DNA from: a virus
Virus record (IMG/VR): IMGVR_UViG_3300046171_000208
Coordinates: 1-64,000 of that record
DNA: 64,000 nucleotides
Reading direction: 5' to 3' (one strand)
Shown: positions 39,983 to 49,671 of the stretch, piece by piece
Layout: the number at the start of each line of letters is the position of its first letter
How positions within the stretch are numbered: the stretch's first letter is position 1
Program-made: the position numbers and the translations under genes
Notes under the pieces: generated by a model
What the model was told of the DNA's origin: nothing
Seen by the model: only the letters and a program-made list of their open reading frames with translations
Database searches by the model: none

Positions 39983-42900
39983 ATGGCGAATAGATTTCCG
40001 TTAATACTGAATACGAGCTCCAATCAAATACAAGAGTTAGCATCTGGAGATACTCTTGACTTGACTGGATCTGGATTGAACTTGACTGGTATTACTACAT
40101 TATCTAGTTCTGCACAATTAAATTTACAAGGTGGTACAAACTTAAATACTGGTACAAGAGGAGATATATTATTTTATAATGCAAGTGGAACAATACAAAA
40201 ATTAAGTTTAGGTGCATCTGGAAAGGTATTAAAATCAAATGGTTCTGATTTAGTATATGGTGATACTGGTTCAATAGCAAATGTATATTATGTTTCTACA
40301 AGTGGTACAGATGCAAGTGGTTTTGGTTCTGCAATAGACAGACCATTTAGATCCATCAAATATGCAGTTGCTAATATTGGCACACCATCAGCAACAGCAC
40401 CTGCGATTATATTTGTAAAAGCAGGTGTATATGAAGAAGCACAATTGCCGATTGTAGTTCCTGCACATACAACTGTTGCAGGTGATAGTTTAAGAGCAAC
40501 AATAGTTAAACCAGCATCTGGATTAGATTCAGGTGGTTCGATACAAAATAATCGTTCAACTCTATTCAAAATGAGTAATGCAAGTGTATTGCAGGATCTC
40601 GTGATGGATGGAATGGGTGGTTATACACCAGGAAGTCCAAATTATAAACCAGAAAGTGCAACAGTTGGTGGTGTCTATCTCGCATTAAACAATGCAAGTC
40701 CAGTCTTAACGAAGTCACCATATATTTACAACGTAACATCATTTGGTAATGGTGCAACTGGTGCTGTATTAGATGGTTCAGTACATGCGAGTGGTAATCG
40801 TAGTATGTTATTCCATACTTATACTGCTGTACATAGTGATGGATTAGGTATTTGGTTGAAAGCAAATGCGAACGCAGAATTAATATCAACATTTACATAT
40901 TATTGTACGATTGGTCTTGCTGTTACAGGTGGTTCAAAGATAAGATCTCTTAACTCAAGTAATGCTTATGGAGAGTATGGTGTTTATTCTGCTGGATTCG
41001 ATTCAGGAGAAACAGCAAACTCTGGAACAATTAAAGGACAGATGCTTGTTTATACAAACGTCCTTACAACATCGTTTACAGATGGTGAACAAGTAACTGG
41101 TGGAACATCAGGTGCAACTGCTTACGTTGTAAACGTACAGGCAGAACCGAAGAGAATGTATATTGTTCAAAGGTCTGGAACATTCCAGTCAAATGAAACA
41201 GTTACAGGTGGAAGTTCTGGTGCAACTGCAACGATGACATCAGGAACTGCAACAGTCAATCAGTCAGGAAGAATACTTGTAACAACATTTTCAACTGCAC
41301 CTGATGCTGGTGACTCTCTCCAATTTGCATCCACAGATGGTAATGCATATCAAATTCAATCAGTAAGTTCCGTAACTGCAAATAGTGTTGCATATAAGAT
41401 ATTAGTATTTTCAACATCAAGAGCAACTGCAGTCGCAGCAGATGTTGCAGTACACGCACGAAAGGAATATAGTCTTGCAAGATTAACTGGTCACGATTTC
41501 CTACAAGTAGGTACTGGTGGAACTGATACAACTAACTGGCCAAATAATCCAACACAATCTCCCGCACAAGCAGATCAAATAGTTACAAACGAAACCGATC
41601 CTGGTCGTGTTTACTATACTGCAACTGATGATTTAGGTAACTTCTATGTTGGAGATCAATTTAAAGTAGACCAAGCAACAGGTAATGTTACTTTGGATGC
41701 GTCTGCATTTAACTTATCTGGTCTTGAATCATTAAGACTTGGTTCAGTTGGTGGTTTGATTGGTGCTGCTGTTGGTGAGTTCTCAACAGATATCACTATG
41801 TCACAGAATAGTGATACAAAAGTTTCAACACAGAAAGCAGTTAAGACATATGTTGATACACTAGATGACATCACTCCAACTGGTGGAACATTTACACTTG
41901 CTGGCATATCCACAGTCACAGGAACTACACAATTTACAAAGCAATTAAACGTATCTGGTGTTTCTACATTCCACGGTAATGTAAATCTATTAGATGGAGA
42001 TCGTCTTCGTGTCGGAAGTTCGGAAGATTTACAAATATATCATGATTCAAATCACTCATACATCGCAGAAAATGGTGGTGGTGACTTAAAGATACAAGCA
42101 AGTGCTGGTAGTATATTCATACAAAAATCTACTGGCGAAGAGATGATCAAAGCGACTGTCGATGGTTCAGTCGAATTGTATCATAATGATATTGTTAGAT
42201 TAACCACTACATCAACGGGTGTGAGTATCGGTGGTTCTTTAACAGTTCCTGGTAATGTATCAATTGGTGGAACATTAACATATGAAGATGTAACAAATAT
42301 TGATTCTGTAGGAGTTGTAACAGCGAGAAGTGGTGTAATTTCACCTTATGCTGATATTGATGACTTTATAAGTGTAGGTAGTAATATTCATCTTGGTAAT
42401 GCAGGAGTATGTACTGCAACAACATTTAGCGGTTCTGGTGCGTCTTTAACTAATTTAAATGGTTCTAATATTGCATCAGGAACTGTTCCTGTTGCACGTA
42501 TTGGAACTGGAACCAAGAGCACTTCAACATTCTATCGTGGTGATGGTACGTTTGCTACAGTTACTCCACCTGCAATTACTACAATCAATAGTGCATCTAA
42601 TAATCGAATAGTTACATCTGATGGTGGAACAACTGTAACCGCTGAAGCAGATATAACCTATAATGGTACTTCTTTAGGTTTAGCTGCTGGTAAAGATATT
42701 AGACTTACAACTGGAACTTGGACAGGAGAAGTAGCTGGTAAGATACAATATCATTCAAATAAAATGTATTTCCAAGGTGGTACTAGTGGACATCAATTAA
42801 GAGATCCTTCTGGAGGCACTACATTTGAAATAGGCACTACTGGTACCTGTGCTGGAGTGAATCTTACACTGGGTCAAGATGTCACATTTAACGGTGGAGC

Positions 42901-43303
42901 TGGTGCTGTAACTGTTAATGCTAATAGTGATATTAGACTTTCTAGTGGAAGCTGGACAGGAGAGGCTACAAAAATTCAACATCATGCTGACCATTTATAC
43001 TTACAAGGTGGTTCTGGTACTTATGGAATTATTTTTAGAGATCACGCTGGAACAGATAGGTGGTCAATACTAGATAGTGGTAACTTACACCCTATGGCTA
43101 ACAACAGTTACGATATAGGTTCTTCATCAAACAGAGTAAGAAACATCTATACTATGGATTTACAATTAAGTAATGAAGGTAGTAAAAATGATGTCGATGG
43201 AACTTGGGGAGATTTCACAATTCAAGAAGGTGAAAGTGATTTATTCCTAATAAATAAACGTAATGGTAAAAAGTATAAATTTAATCTAACAGAGGTTTCA
43301 TAA
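39983..43303 (+). CDS. Tail fibre/spike with beta-helix (pectin-lyase-like) region
   Basis: YYVSTSGTD..G...RPFRSIKYA, IFVKAGVYEE, VAGDSLRATIVKP; TYEDV module; duplicated DIRL..G.WTGE..KIQ.H. Confidence 0.75.
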   Translation: MANRFPLILNTSSNQIQELASGDTLDLTGSGLNLTGITTLSSSAQLNLQGGTNLNTGTRGDILFYNASGTIQKLSLGASGKVLKSNGSDLVYGDTGSIANVYYVSTSGTDASGFGSAIDRPFRSIKYAVANIGTPSATAPAIIFVKAGVYEEAQLPIVVPAHTTVAGDSLRATIVKPASGLDSGGSIQNNRSTLFKMSNASVLQDLVMDGMGGYTPGSPNYKPESATVGGVYLALNNASPVLTKSPYIYNVTSFGNGATGAVLDGSVHASGNRSMLFHTYTAVHSDGLGIWLKANANAELISTFTYYCTIGLAVTGGSKIRSLNSSNAYGEYGVYSAGFDSGETANSGTIKGQMLVYTNVLTTSFTDGEQVTGGTSGATAYVVNVQAEPKRMYIVQRSGTFQSNETVTGGSSGATATMTSGTATVNQSGRILVTTFSTAPDAGDSLQFASTDGNAYQIQSVSSVTANSVAYKILVFSTSRATAVAADVAVHARKEYSLARLTGHDFLQVGTGGTDTTNWPNNPTQSPAQADQIVTNETDPGRVYYTATDDLGNFYVGDQFKVDQATGNVTLDASAFNLSGLESLRLGSVGGLIGAAVGEFSTDITMSQNSDTKVSTQKAVKTYVDTLDDITPTGGTFTLAGISTVTGTTQFTKQLNVSGVSTFHGNVNLLDGDRLRVGSSEDLQIYHDSNHSYIAENGGGDLKIQASAGSIFIQKSTGEEMIKATVDGSVELYHNDIVRLTTTSTGVSIGGSLTVPGNVSIGGTLTYEDVTNIDSVGVVTARSGVISPYADIDDFISVGSNIHLGNAGVCTATTFSGSGASLTNLNGSNIASGTVPVARIGTGTKSTSTFYRGDGTFATVTPPAITTINSASNNRIVTSDGGTTVTAEADITYNGTSLGLAAGKDIRLTTGTWTGEVAGKIQYHSNKMYFQGGTSGHQLRDPSGGTTFEIGTTGTCAGVNLTLGQDVTFNGGAGAVTVNANSDIRLSSGSWTGEATKIQHHADHLYLQGGSGTYGIIFRDHAGTDRWSILDSGNLHPMANNSYDIGSSSNRVRNIYTMDLQLSNEGSKNDVDGTWGDFTIQEGESDLFLINKRNGKKYKFNLTEVS

Positions 43304-43896
43304 TGGGGATAAATTTTTCAAACGGTACAATGGATTATCCGTCGTATGTTTATCATACGGTTTATGTGCAGGATAATACGAGAGAAAGTTTTAGTAATGG
43401 TACCTCTAGTAGAGCGTTAGATCGTTATCAACTAAACAATATAAAAGTTGCCACTACAACTGATATAGTTCATCTTGATTGTAGAATTTATAATCAGTTT
43501 GACGATCACGATGATGAATTTGGATACTCTTGGGAATACAAGAATAGTGGTGGTGGTTGGACAGAAATTAATCAAAATAAAACTAGAGGTATTGATATAA
43601 ACAGTAGAACAGGATTCGCTGGTCACGGTACTCATGACCGTCTTCATTCTAGATACGGTGGACATACATATAGTTGGGGAATAATTTGGAAACCAGGAAG
43701 CATATCAGGTGTTTCACCTGGTGCAATCGATGTCAGACCCTTCATTAAATGTCATGGTAATACAGGTCACACTATGCGTATAAATCATTTTGATGATGGA
43801 TACAATGGTAATAATAGTGAATGGAATAGAGCATCATCAAGTTGGGCTATGGCAGTAGTTTACAGTACAAACGGAGTTATAGATGACACGAACTAG
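43303..43896 (+). CDS. Putative fibre-tip protein
   Basis: 197-aa aromatic/His-rich beta protein; TAATG-coupled to the fibre gene. Confidence 0.6.
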   Translation: MGINFSNGTMDYPSYVYHTVYVQDNTRESFSNGTSSRALDRYQLNNIKVATTTDIVHLDCRIYNQFDDHDDEFGYSWEYKNSGGGWTEINQNKTRGIDINSRTGFAGHGTHDRLHSRYGGHTYSWGIIWKPGSISGVSPGAIDVRPFIKCHGNTGHTMRINHFDDGYNGNNSEWNRASSSWAMAVVYSTNGVIDDTN

Positions 43897-44239
43897 AATC
43901 GACATGATAACTGCCATAAAATTGGTGGTTGATTTAAAAAAAGAGGAATGGAATGGTTTCGCTGTTATAGAACCTGATGATGGATTTTGGTCTGATTTTA
44001 CAGATGAACAGTGGAATACTTATGTCACGATACCTGCTAGTTCAACAGTGACTGCTGTTGATGTTAGGGCAAATTTAGATACACATATTTCTAATTTAAA
44101 TCTTAATGTGGTAAGGGAAAATCGTAGATCTGAATATCCTTCAATAGAGGATCAATTAGATGTGATTTATCATAGTGGAATAGATGCGTGGAAATCAAAA
44201 ATTAAAGAAACAAAAGATAAGTATCCAAAATCATCATAA
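43883..44239 (+). CDS. Fibre-associated chaperone-like small protein
   Basis: RRSEYPSIEDQLDVIYH.G..AWK..IKETKDKYPK. Confidence 0.65.
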   Translation: MTRTRIDMITAIKLVVDLKKEEWNGFAVIEPDDGFWSDFTDEQWNTYVTIPASSTVTAVDVRANLDTHISNLNLNVVRENRRSEYPSIEDQLDVIYHSGIDAWKSKIKETKDKYPKSS

Positions 44240-44245
44240 AAAATA

Positions 44246-47200
44246 ATGCCTTATATTGGTCGAAATCATATAGCGGGTGATCACACAAGCAATTTCAAAG
44301 TGTTAGATGACATCTCATCTTATACTGCGACTTTTGATGGTTCATCAACTAATGTAGTATCTACTGCAAATGAAACATTAAGAATAGTAGAACATCGTTT
44401 CATACAAGGACAGAGAGTAACATATACAAATGGTGGTGGTGGAAATATTGGTGGTTTAACAACAGGTACAGCATACTTCGTTACCCTTGATACTCATAAT
44501 ACAATAAAGTTAGCAACAAGTTTAGCAAACGCAAATAGTAATACAAATATAAATTTATCATCTGTTGGTAGTGGTTCATCTCACACATTGACTGCTGCTT
44601 TTGATGGTGTTAATCAAAATTTTAAAGCAACTCATAGTGGTGGTTCTGATGTAAGAATTAATAATTCAACTCAATTACAAATTGCAATCAATAATGTAAT
44701 TCAAAAACCAAATAATAATTCATCATATACTGAAGGTTTTAGAGTTGTTGATCGTGAAAAAATACAATTTAAAACTGCTCCTACATCAAATGATGTATTT
44801 TGGGGAACTGTAATTTCAAATACGATTGAATCATTTGATATAAGTGATCATACAGTTGATAATTTTACTGGTGATGGTAGTACTACTCAATTTTCACTTT
44901 CAAAAGATGTTCCAAATACTCAAAGTTTACTGGTTACTCTAGATGGTGTCACACAACATTCAAGCGATAAGTCAACAACAAGATCATACAGTTTAATTAC
45001 TGATAATACACTTCAATTTACAGCAGCACCAGGTAATGGTGTTGAAATACAAGTTAAACATCTTGGATTTGCTGGAGCCGCAACTGGAGGAGTTTCTGGT
45101 TTTTATGGAAGAACTGGCAATGTTACACTTACTTCTAGTGATCATATTACAACTGGAGACATCACACCTAGAAATATAAATGCATCAGGAATTGTTACCG
45201 CATCTACTTTTAGTGGTGGTTTTTCAGGTAACATAGTAGGAACATCTGCAACATTTACTGGTAATCTATCAGTCGGTGGTGTATTGACATATGAAGATGT
45301 AACTAACGTAGATTCAGTTGGCATTATAACAGCACAAAAAGATATTCACGTTGGTGCTGGTGTTTCTGCTGTTGGTGTAGGAACTTTTGGTAGTTTAGAT
45401 ATAAGTGGGGATATAGATGTAGATGGTCATACAAATTTAGATAATTTAAGTGTTGCTGGTGTTACCACTATGAGTGGAAATTTAGAACTAAGTTCTGGTT
45501 TTCCAAAAATAACATTTACTGATACTAACAATGATTCCGATTATGAAATAGCTAATGCCAATGGATTATTTCGTATCAGAGATGCTAGTAATTCAGTTGA
45601 TAGACTTACTATCGCAGCAAATGGTGATGTTACCATAAATCAAGACCAAAGAGTACAAGAAAATCTTACTGTCGATGGTGATATAGACGTAGATGGACAT
45701 ACAAATTTAGATAACGTAAGTGTCGCTGGTATAACCACGATGACTGGTAATTTACATGTCGCTAATAGTCAGCCATCAATTTACCTTAATGATCTTGATA
45801 GTGAAAATGATTATTCATTAATGAATAATAATGGTACTTTTGTAATAAGAGATAATGATAGAGGTGTCAACGCATATGAATTATTGGCAAATGGCACTAA
45901 TAAATTTAATGGACTAGTTAATATTGTAAATGGTTTAAATATTGATACAGATTTAGATGTAGATGGTCATACAAATTTAGATAATGTAAACATTGTCGGT
46001 GTCACTACTGCTGCTGGTAATGTTCACGTTGGAACTGGTGTCACAATTGAAACAAATGGTCAGGCAACCTTTGTTGGTGTTGTCACCTTCGGTTCAGGTT
46101 CAACTACGATTGATAATAATGTAGTAAATGTTGGAACAGCATTAACAATAGGACATACACAGGGTTTACAGTTTCATACACAAAATTTACACTCTGCAGG
46201 ATTTGAAGTAAATCAAATTAATTCTTCAGGAATTATTACAGCATCATCGTTCAGTGGTTCAGTTGCTGCATCTAATTTAACAGGAACAGTTCCTACTGCT
46301 AGATTGGGTTCTGGAACTGCTAATAACACCACATTCTTGAGAGGAGACTCAACATTCCAAACTGTTGTTACAGATTTAGTTAATGATAGTTCACCGCAAC
46401 TAGGAGCTAACTTAGATACTAATACCAAATGTATTGATTTTGGAGATAGTAATACTGGTACAGTTAATCGTTTAAGATTTGGAGCTAGCACAGATTTAGA
46501 AATATTTCATAATGGTACGAACAATCATATTGACTGTCATACTGCTGGACAAGATCTTTATATAAGACCCACCAAAGATGTTTATATTCAGGATTATAGC
46601 ACTGATGATATTCATATAAAAATGATAAAAGATGGAGCCGTAGAATTATATCACAACAACGTTAAAAAGCTTGAAACAGGAGCAGATAGAGTAAGTTTCT
46701 ATGGTCATGTAACTATAGCAGATGGCTCTGCATTGTTTATACAGAATGGTTTTACAAATGCTTCGGTTCAAATGAGAAACTCTGGTGGTTCTACTGATGG
46801 AAACTTTGAATTTCTTGTAAGAGATGGTGGAGGTTCATTAGTTGAAGCATTAGAAATTACAAAAGATGCTCATATACGAATACCAAATGATAATAAAAGA
46901 TTAAAACTTGGAGCTGGTGATGATTTTGAAATCTTCCATGATGGTACAACGAATAGATTCCAAAGTAATGGATTAAAAAATTTCCAATTTAATCCTAAAG
47001 ATACTGATGTAGGATTAAAAATTATCGGAGATGGAGCCGTTGAACTCTACCATGATGGTACAAAGAAGGCTGAAACGGTTTCGGGTGGGTTTACAATTTC
47101 AGGAACTTGTACTGCTACTGCATTTAGTGGTGATGGCTCAAATCTAAGTGGAGTTGCTGCATTTCCTGCTGGAACCCGAATGCTATTCCAACAATCATCA

Positions 47201-47602
47201 GCACCAACTGGATGGACAAAAGTAACTTCTGGAGTTGAAAACAAAGCTCTAAGAATTACCACTGGTACTGTTGGTAGTGGTGGTAGTAATAATTTTACAA
47301 GTGTTTTAAACAACAATGTTAGTAGTGGTGGTTCTGGATCTGTATCTGCACATACAGTATCAGAAAATGAATTGCCGAATCACAGACATAATGTTGATAC
47401 ATATAATGAATTTGGTAACAGATATAGCAACTGGACTACTGAAGGTGGATATAGACAGGCACACGCTCACGGTACTAGAAGACCTCCATACACATCTTAC
47501 AGTGGTGGTGGTAATTCACACAATCACTCATTCTCTTTCTCTGCTGGAACATTTAACTTGAATGTTCAGTATGAAGATGTTATAATAGCAGCAAAGAATT
47601 AA
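44246..47602 (+). CDS. Modular tail fibre with C-terminal collar-like/HxH tip domain (1118 aa)
   Basis: Three DxDVDGHTNLDN repeats and TYEDV; C-terminal FPAGTRMLFQQSSAPTGW...HRH...HAH...HNH...VIIAAKN. Confidence 0.8.
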   Translation: MPYIGRNHIAGDHTSNFKVLDDISSYTATFDGSSTNVVSTANETLRIVEHRFIQGQRVTYTNGGGGNIGGLTTGTAYFVTLDTHNTIKLATSLANANSNTNINLSSVGSGSSHTLTAAFDGVNQNFKATHSGGSDVRINNSTQLQIAINNVIQKPNNNSSYTEGFRVVDREKIQFKTAPTSNDVFWGTVISNTIESFDISDHTVDNFTGDGSTTQFSLSKDVPNTQSLLVTLDGVTQHSSDKSTTRSYSLITDNTLQFTAAPGNGVEIQVKHLGFAGAATGGVSGFYGRTGNVTLTSSDHITTGDITPRNINASGIVTASTFSGGFSGNIVGTSATFTGNLSVGGVLTYEDVTNVDSVGIITAQKDIHVGAGVSAVGVGTFGSLDISGDIDVDGHTNLDNLSVAGVTTMSGNLELSSGFPKITFTDTNNDSDYEIANANGLFRIRDASNSVDRLTIAANGDVTINQDQRVQENLTVDGDIDVDGHTNLDNVSVAGITTMTGNLHVANSQPSIYLNDLDSENDYSLMNNNGTFVIRDNDRGVNAYELLANGTNKFNGLVNIVNGLNIDTDLDVDGHTNLDNVNIVGVTTAAGNVHVGTGVTIETNGQATFVGVVTFGSGSTTIDNNVVNVGTALTIGHTQGLQFHTQNLHSAGFEVNQINSSGIITASSFSGSVAASNLTGTVPTARLGSGTANNTTFLRGDSTFQTVVTDLVNDSSPQLGANLDTNTKCIDFGDSNTGTVNRLRFGASTDLEIFHNGTNNHIDCHTAGQDLYIRPTKDVYIQDYSTDDIHIKMIKDGAVELYHNNVKKLETGADRVSFYGHVTIADGSALFIQNGFTNASVQMRNSGGSTDGNFEFLVRDGGGSLVEALEITKDAHIRIPNDNKRLKLGAGDDFEIFHDGTTNRFQSNGLKNFQFNPKDTDVGLKIIGDGAVELYHDGTKKAETVSGGFTISGTCTATAFSGDGSNLSGVAAFPAGTRMLFQQSSAPTGWTKVTSGVENKALRITTGTVGSGGSNNFTSVLNNNVSSGGSGSVSAHTVSENELPNHRHNVDTYNEFGNRYSNWTTEGGYRQAHAHGTRRPPYTSYSGGGNSHNHSFSFSAGTFNLNVQYEDVIIAAKN

Positions 47603-47621
47603 TTATTTTATAAAATTTGGT

Positions 47622-47933
47622 ATGAAACTTGAAGTTGGTAAATTTTGTCCTCTAATTGGAAAAGATTGTATAGGTATGGAATGCTCTTGGTTCACTCAAG
47701 TTAGAGGTAGACATCCACAAACTGGAGAAGAAATTGATGAATGGGGTTGTGCAGTTACTTGGATGCCCGTTCTTTTGATAGATAATACTCAACAACAAAG
47801 ACAAACAGGTGCTGCTGTTGAATCATTTAGAAATGAAACTGTAAAAAAACTACAAGATTCGGTTACTCAAATGAAAATAAAAAACTCAAGTAACACTAAT
47901 AGTTTTGACATAAATAAATTGAAGGAAGTATAA
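47622..47933 (+). CDS. Cys-containing hypothetical protein associated with the fibre module
   Basis: CPLIGKDCIGMECSWF...WGCA...GAAVESFRNE. Confidence 0.75.
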   Translation: MKLEVGKFCPLIGKDCIGMECSWFTQVRGRHPQTGEEIDEWGCAVTWMPVLLIDNTQQQRQTGAAVESFRNETVKKLQDSVTQMKIKNSSNTNSFDINKLKEV

Positions 47934-47945
47934 GATAAAAAAAAA

Positions 47946-48404
47946 ATGAACACTTCATTAACTATATTAGTACCAGATAGATTTATTAGCATTGGAGGAA
48001 CAGGAATAACTGGAATTACTACAGATTTATCTTGGATACCAAGTGATGTATGGGCGGTTCAGTGGAATGGTTCTACAGGACATATAGAATATAATGATGG
48101 GAAGAATAATTTAGATATCAATGATATAGGAATATATTCACAAGCTCAGACTTCATATGATAATGAATTAAGTTGTATTGCAAATGATCCAAATTCTTAT
48201 GATAACAATGTAACTTATCAATGGGAAGTTTTGAGAAATGAAAGAGATGATTTATTATTAATGTCGGATTTTAGTCAATTAGAAGATGTTGGATTCACAA
48301 CCAGTAAAAAAGCAGAGTGGATTGCATATAGAAAATCACTTCGTGATATGCCATTGAACACAAGTGATCCAAAAAATCCTACTTGGCCAACAAAACCTTC
48401 ATAG
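47946..48404 (+). CDS. Tail fibre assembly chaperone-like protein
   Basis: LRNERDDLLLMSDF...WIAYRKSLRDMP...WPTKPS (paralog of 22649). Confidence 0.8.
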   Translation: MNTSLTILVPDRFISIGGTGITGITTDLSWIPSDVWAVQWNGSTGHIEYNDGKNNLDINDIGIYSQAQTSYDNELSCIANDPNSYDNNVTYQWEVLRNERDDLLLMSDFSQLEDVGFTTSKKAEWIAYRKSLRDMPLNTSDPKNPTWPTKPS

Positions 48405-48456
48405 TGTGATATAATAAGAAAACATTAAATTTATAAATCATTATTTAACAAGACAT

Positions 48457-48696
48457 ATGAACTTCGCAGTTTATTCAAAAGAGAGTTGCCCATATTGTGA
48501 TAAAATCAAACAAGTATTAGACTTGACAAAAACCAGTTATGTAGTGTATAATTTAAATGAACACTTTGATCGTAATTCATTTGAGGATGAATTTGGTCAA
48601 GGATCAACCTTTCCACAAGTGGTGGTTGATGGTAAAAAACTAGGAGGTTGTTCTGACACAATCGAATTCTTGCGAGAAAACCAAATCGCAAAATAA
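48457..48696 (+). CDS. nrdC: Glutaredoxin
   Basis: CPYC, TFPQV and LGG motifs. Confidence 0.92.
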   Translation: MNFAVYSKESCPYCDKIKQVLDLTKTSYVVYNLNEHFDRNSFEDEFGQGSTFPQVVVDGKKLGGCSDTIEFLRENQIAK

Positions 48697-48884
48697 CGAC
48701 ATAAATAAATCAACCGACCACATTGATCGTGGTTTTGAGTTGATTCTCTCAGGAGGTAAAAGAAAGAGACCTAAAACATTTCGTCTATTGTTAGATAAGA
48801 TGATATCTTTCTTTAACAAGGACATAAACATTCACCTTGACTTTTATGTGAATGTAAAAACCAAAAAATAATCTCAGGAGAATT

Positions 48885-49106
48885 ATGTTAGCAGTAAGCA
48901 TTGTGTTCGCAGCATTTCTGTTTATATTGTTTCTAATTGTAGGAGTAATAGGTGGATGGGTTGCAAGGGATTACATGATGAATTATCAAGAGGTTGAAAA
49001 AATTCATCCAGAGATGTATGATAGAAATGGTAATATAGTTCCTGACGAAATAGTAGCATTCAGATTTGAAAATCATGACAACAACGACGAAGATGACGAC
49101 GACTAA
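48885..49106 (+). CDS. Hypothetical membrane protein
   Basis: N-terminal TM helix, HPEMYD.NG..VPDE and acidic tail; AGGAG SD. Confidence 0.8.
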   Translation: MLAVSIVFAAFLFILFLIVGVIGGWVARDYMMNYQEVEKIHPEMYDRNGNIVPDEIVAFRFENHDNNDEDDDD

Positions 49107-49671
49107 ACCAAAAGTGGTAAAAGCAAAGACAACAGCAATTCCAAAATTACCTAACATTCCATTTTGTTATGAGGTATTGGAAGCTGCATCAAAACAAAGA
49201 ACTAAAGCAAAGAAAATTGAAGTTCTAAAAACATATGCACACGATTCTATAATGGCAGTATTGATTTGGAATTTTGATGAATCAATAGTATCATTACTTC
49301 CAGAGGGTGATGTTCCTTATGGTAATACAAGAGAAGATAACAGTGTGACTGGTTCTTTATCTGATAAGATTAATGATGCAGTCGGTATGATGAGAGAATC
49401 AGGTTCAGCATCATTGGGGTCTCAAGACCAAGGGAAGGCATCAATTCGTGGAGAGTATACAAAGTTCTATAACTTCTTAAAAGGAGGTAACAGTGGACTT
49501 TCTGGACTCCGTAGAGAGACAATGTTCATCAATATTCTTGAAGGATTACATCCACTTGAAGCAGAGATACTTGTTTTGGTTAAAGATAAAAAATTAACTG
49601 ATAGATATAAAATTACAAAGGATATTGTATCTGCTGCATATCCACAAATTACTTGGGGAGGACGTTCATGA
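49075..49671 (+). CDS. Conserved T4-like/cyanophage hypothetical protein (start may be 49093)
   Basis: WNFDESIVSLLPEGDVPY and RRETMFINILEGLHPLEAEIL. Confidence 0.8.
   Translation: MTTTTKMTTTKPKVVKAKTTAIPKLPNIPFCYEVLEAASKQRTKAKKIEVLKTYAHDSIMAVLIWNFDESIVSLLPEGDVPYGNTREDNSVTGSLSDKINDAVGMMRESGSASLGSQDQGKASIRGEYTKFYNFLKGGNSGLSGLRRETMFINILEGLHPLEAEILVLVKDKKLTDRYKITKDIVSAAYPQITWGGRS

Larger units (their letters stand above)
16244..39985 (+). promoter_or_regulatory. Series of T4-type late promoter junctions (TAAATA + short A-rich leader + ATG) at 16244, 18038, 23012, 25952, 29081, 30001, 32291, 33810, 35119/35133, 35403, 36795, 39528, 39955
   Basis: TAAATA, usually using the upstream TAA stop, mostly 18-21 nt before the next ATG. 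Matches the T4/cyanophage late consensus (T/A/C)ATAAATA. Confidence 0.8.

Noticed and set aside
10794-45990. Recurring ~38-nt GATGTAGATGGTCATACAAATTTAGATAAT repeat as a CRISPR array
   Set aside because: Irregular spacing (hundreds to thousands of nt), in-frame coding with synonymous variation, and no cas operon. The 54810 nuclease is the ordinary phage exonuclease next to phoH.
9284-47316. Numerous 60-140 aa minus-strand ORFs in the fibre island
   Set aside because: Antisense shadows of Gly/Thr/Val-rich coding DNA (Pro/Val/Thr-rich, no motifs), fully overlapping strong plus-strand genes.
7678-48404. Invertible (shufflon/Mu G-type) fibre switching
   Set aside because: All genes and repeats seen are in direct orientation; no inverted silent cassettes or invertase found.
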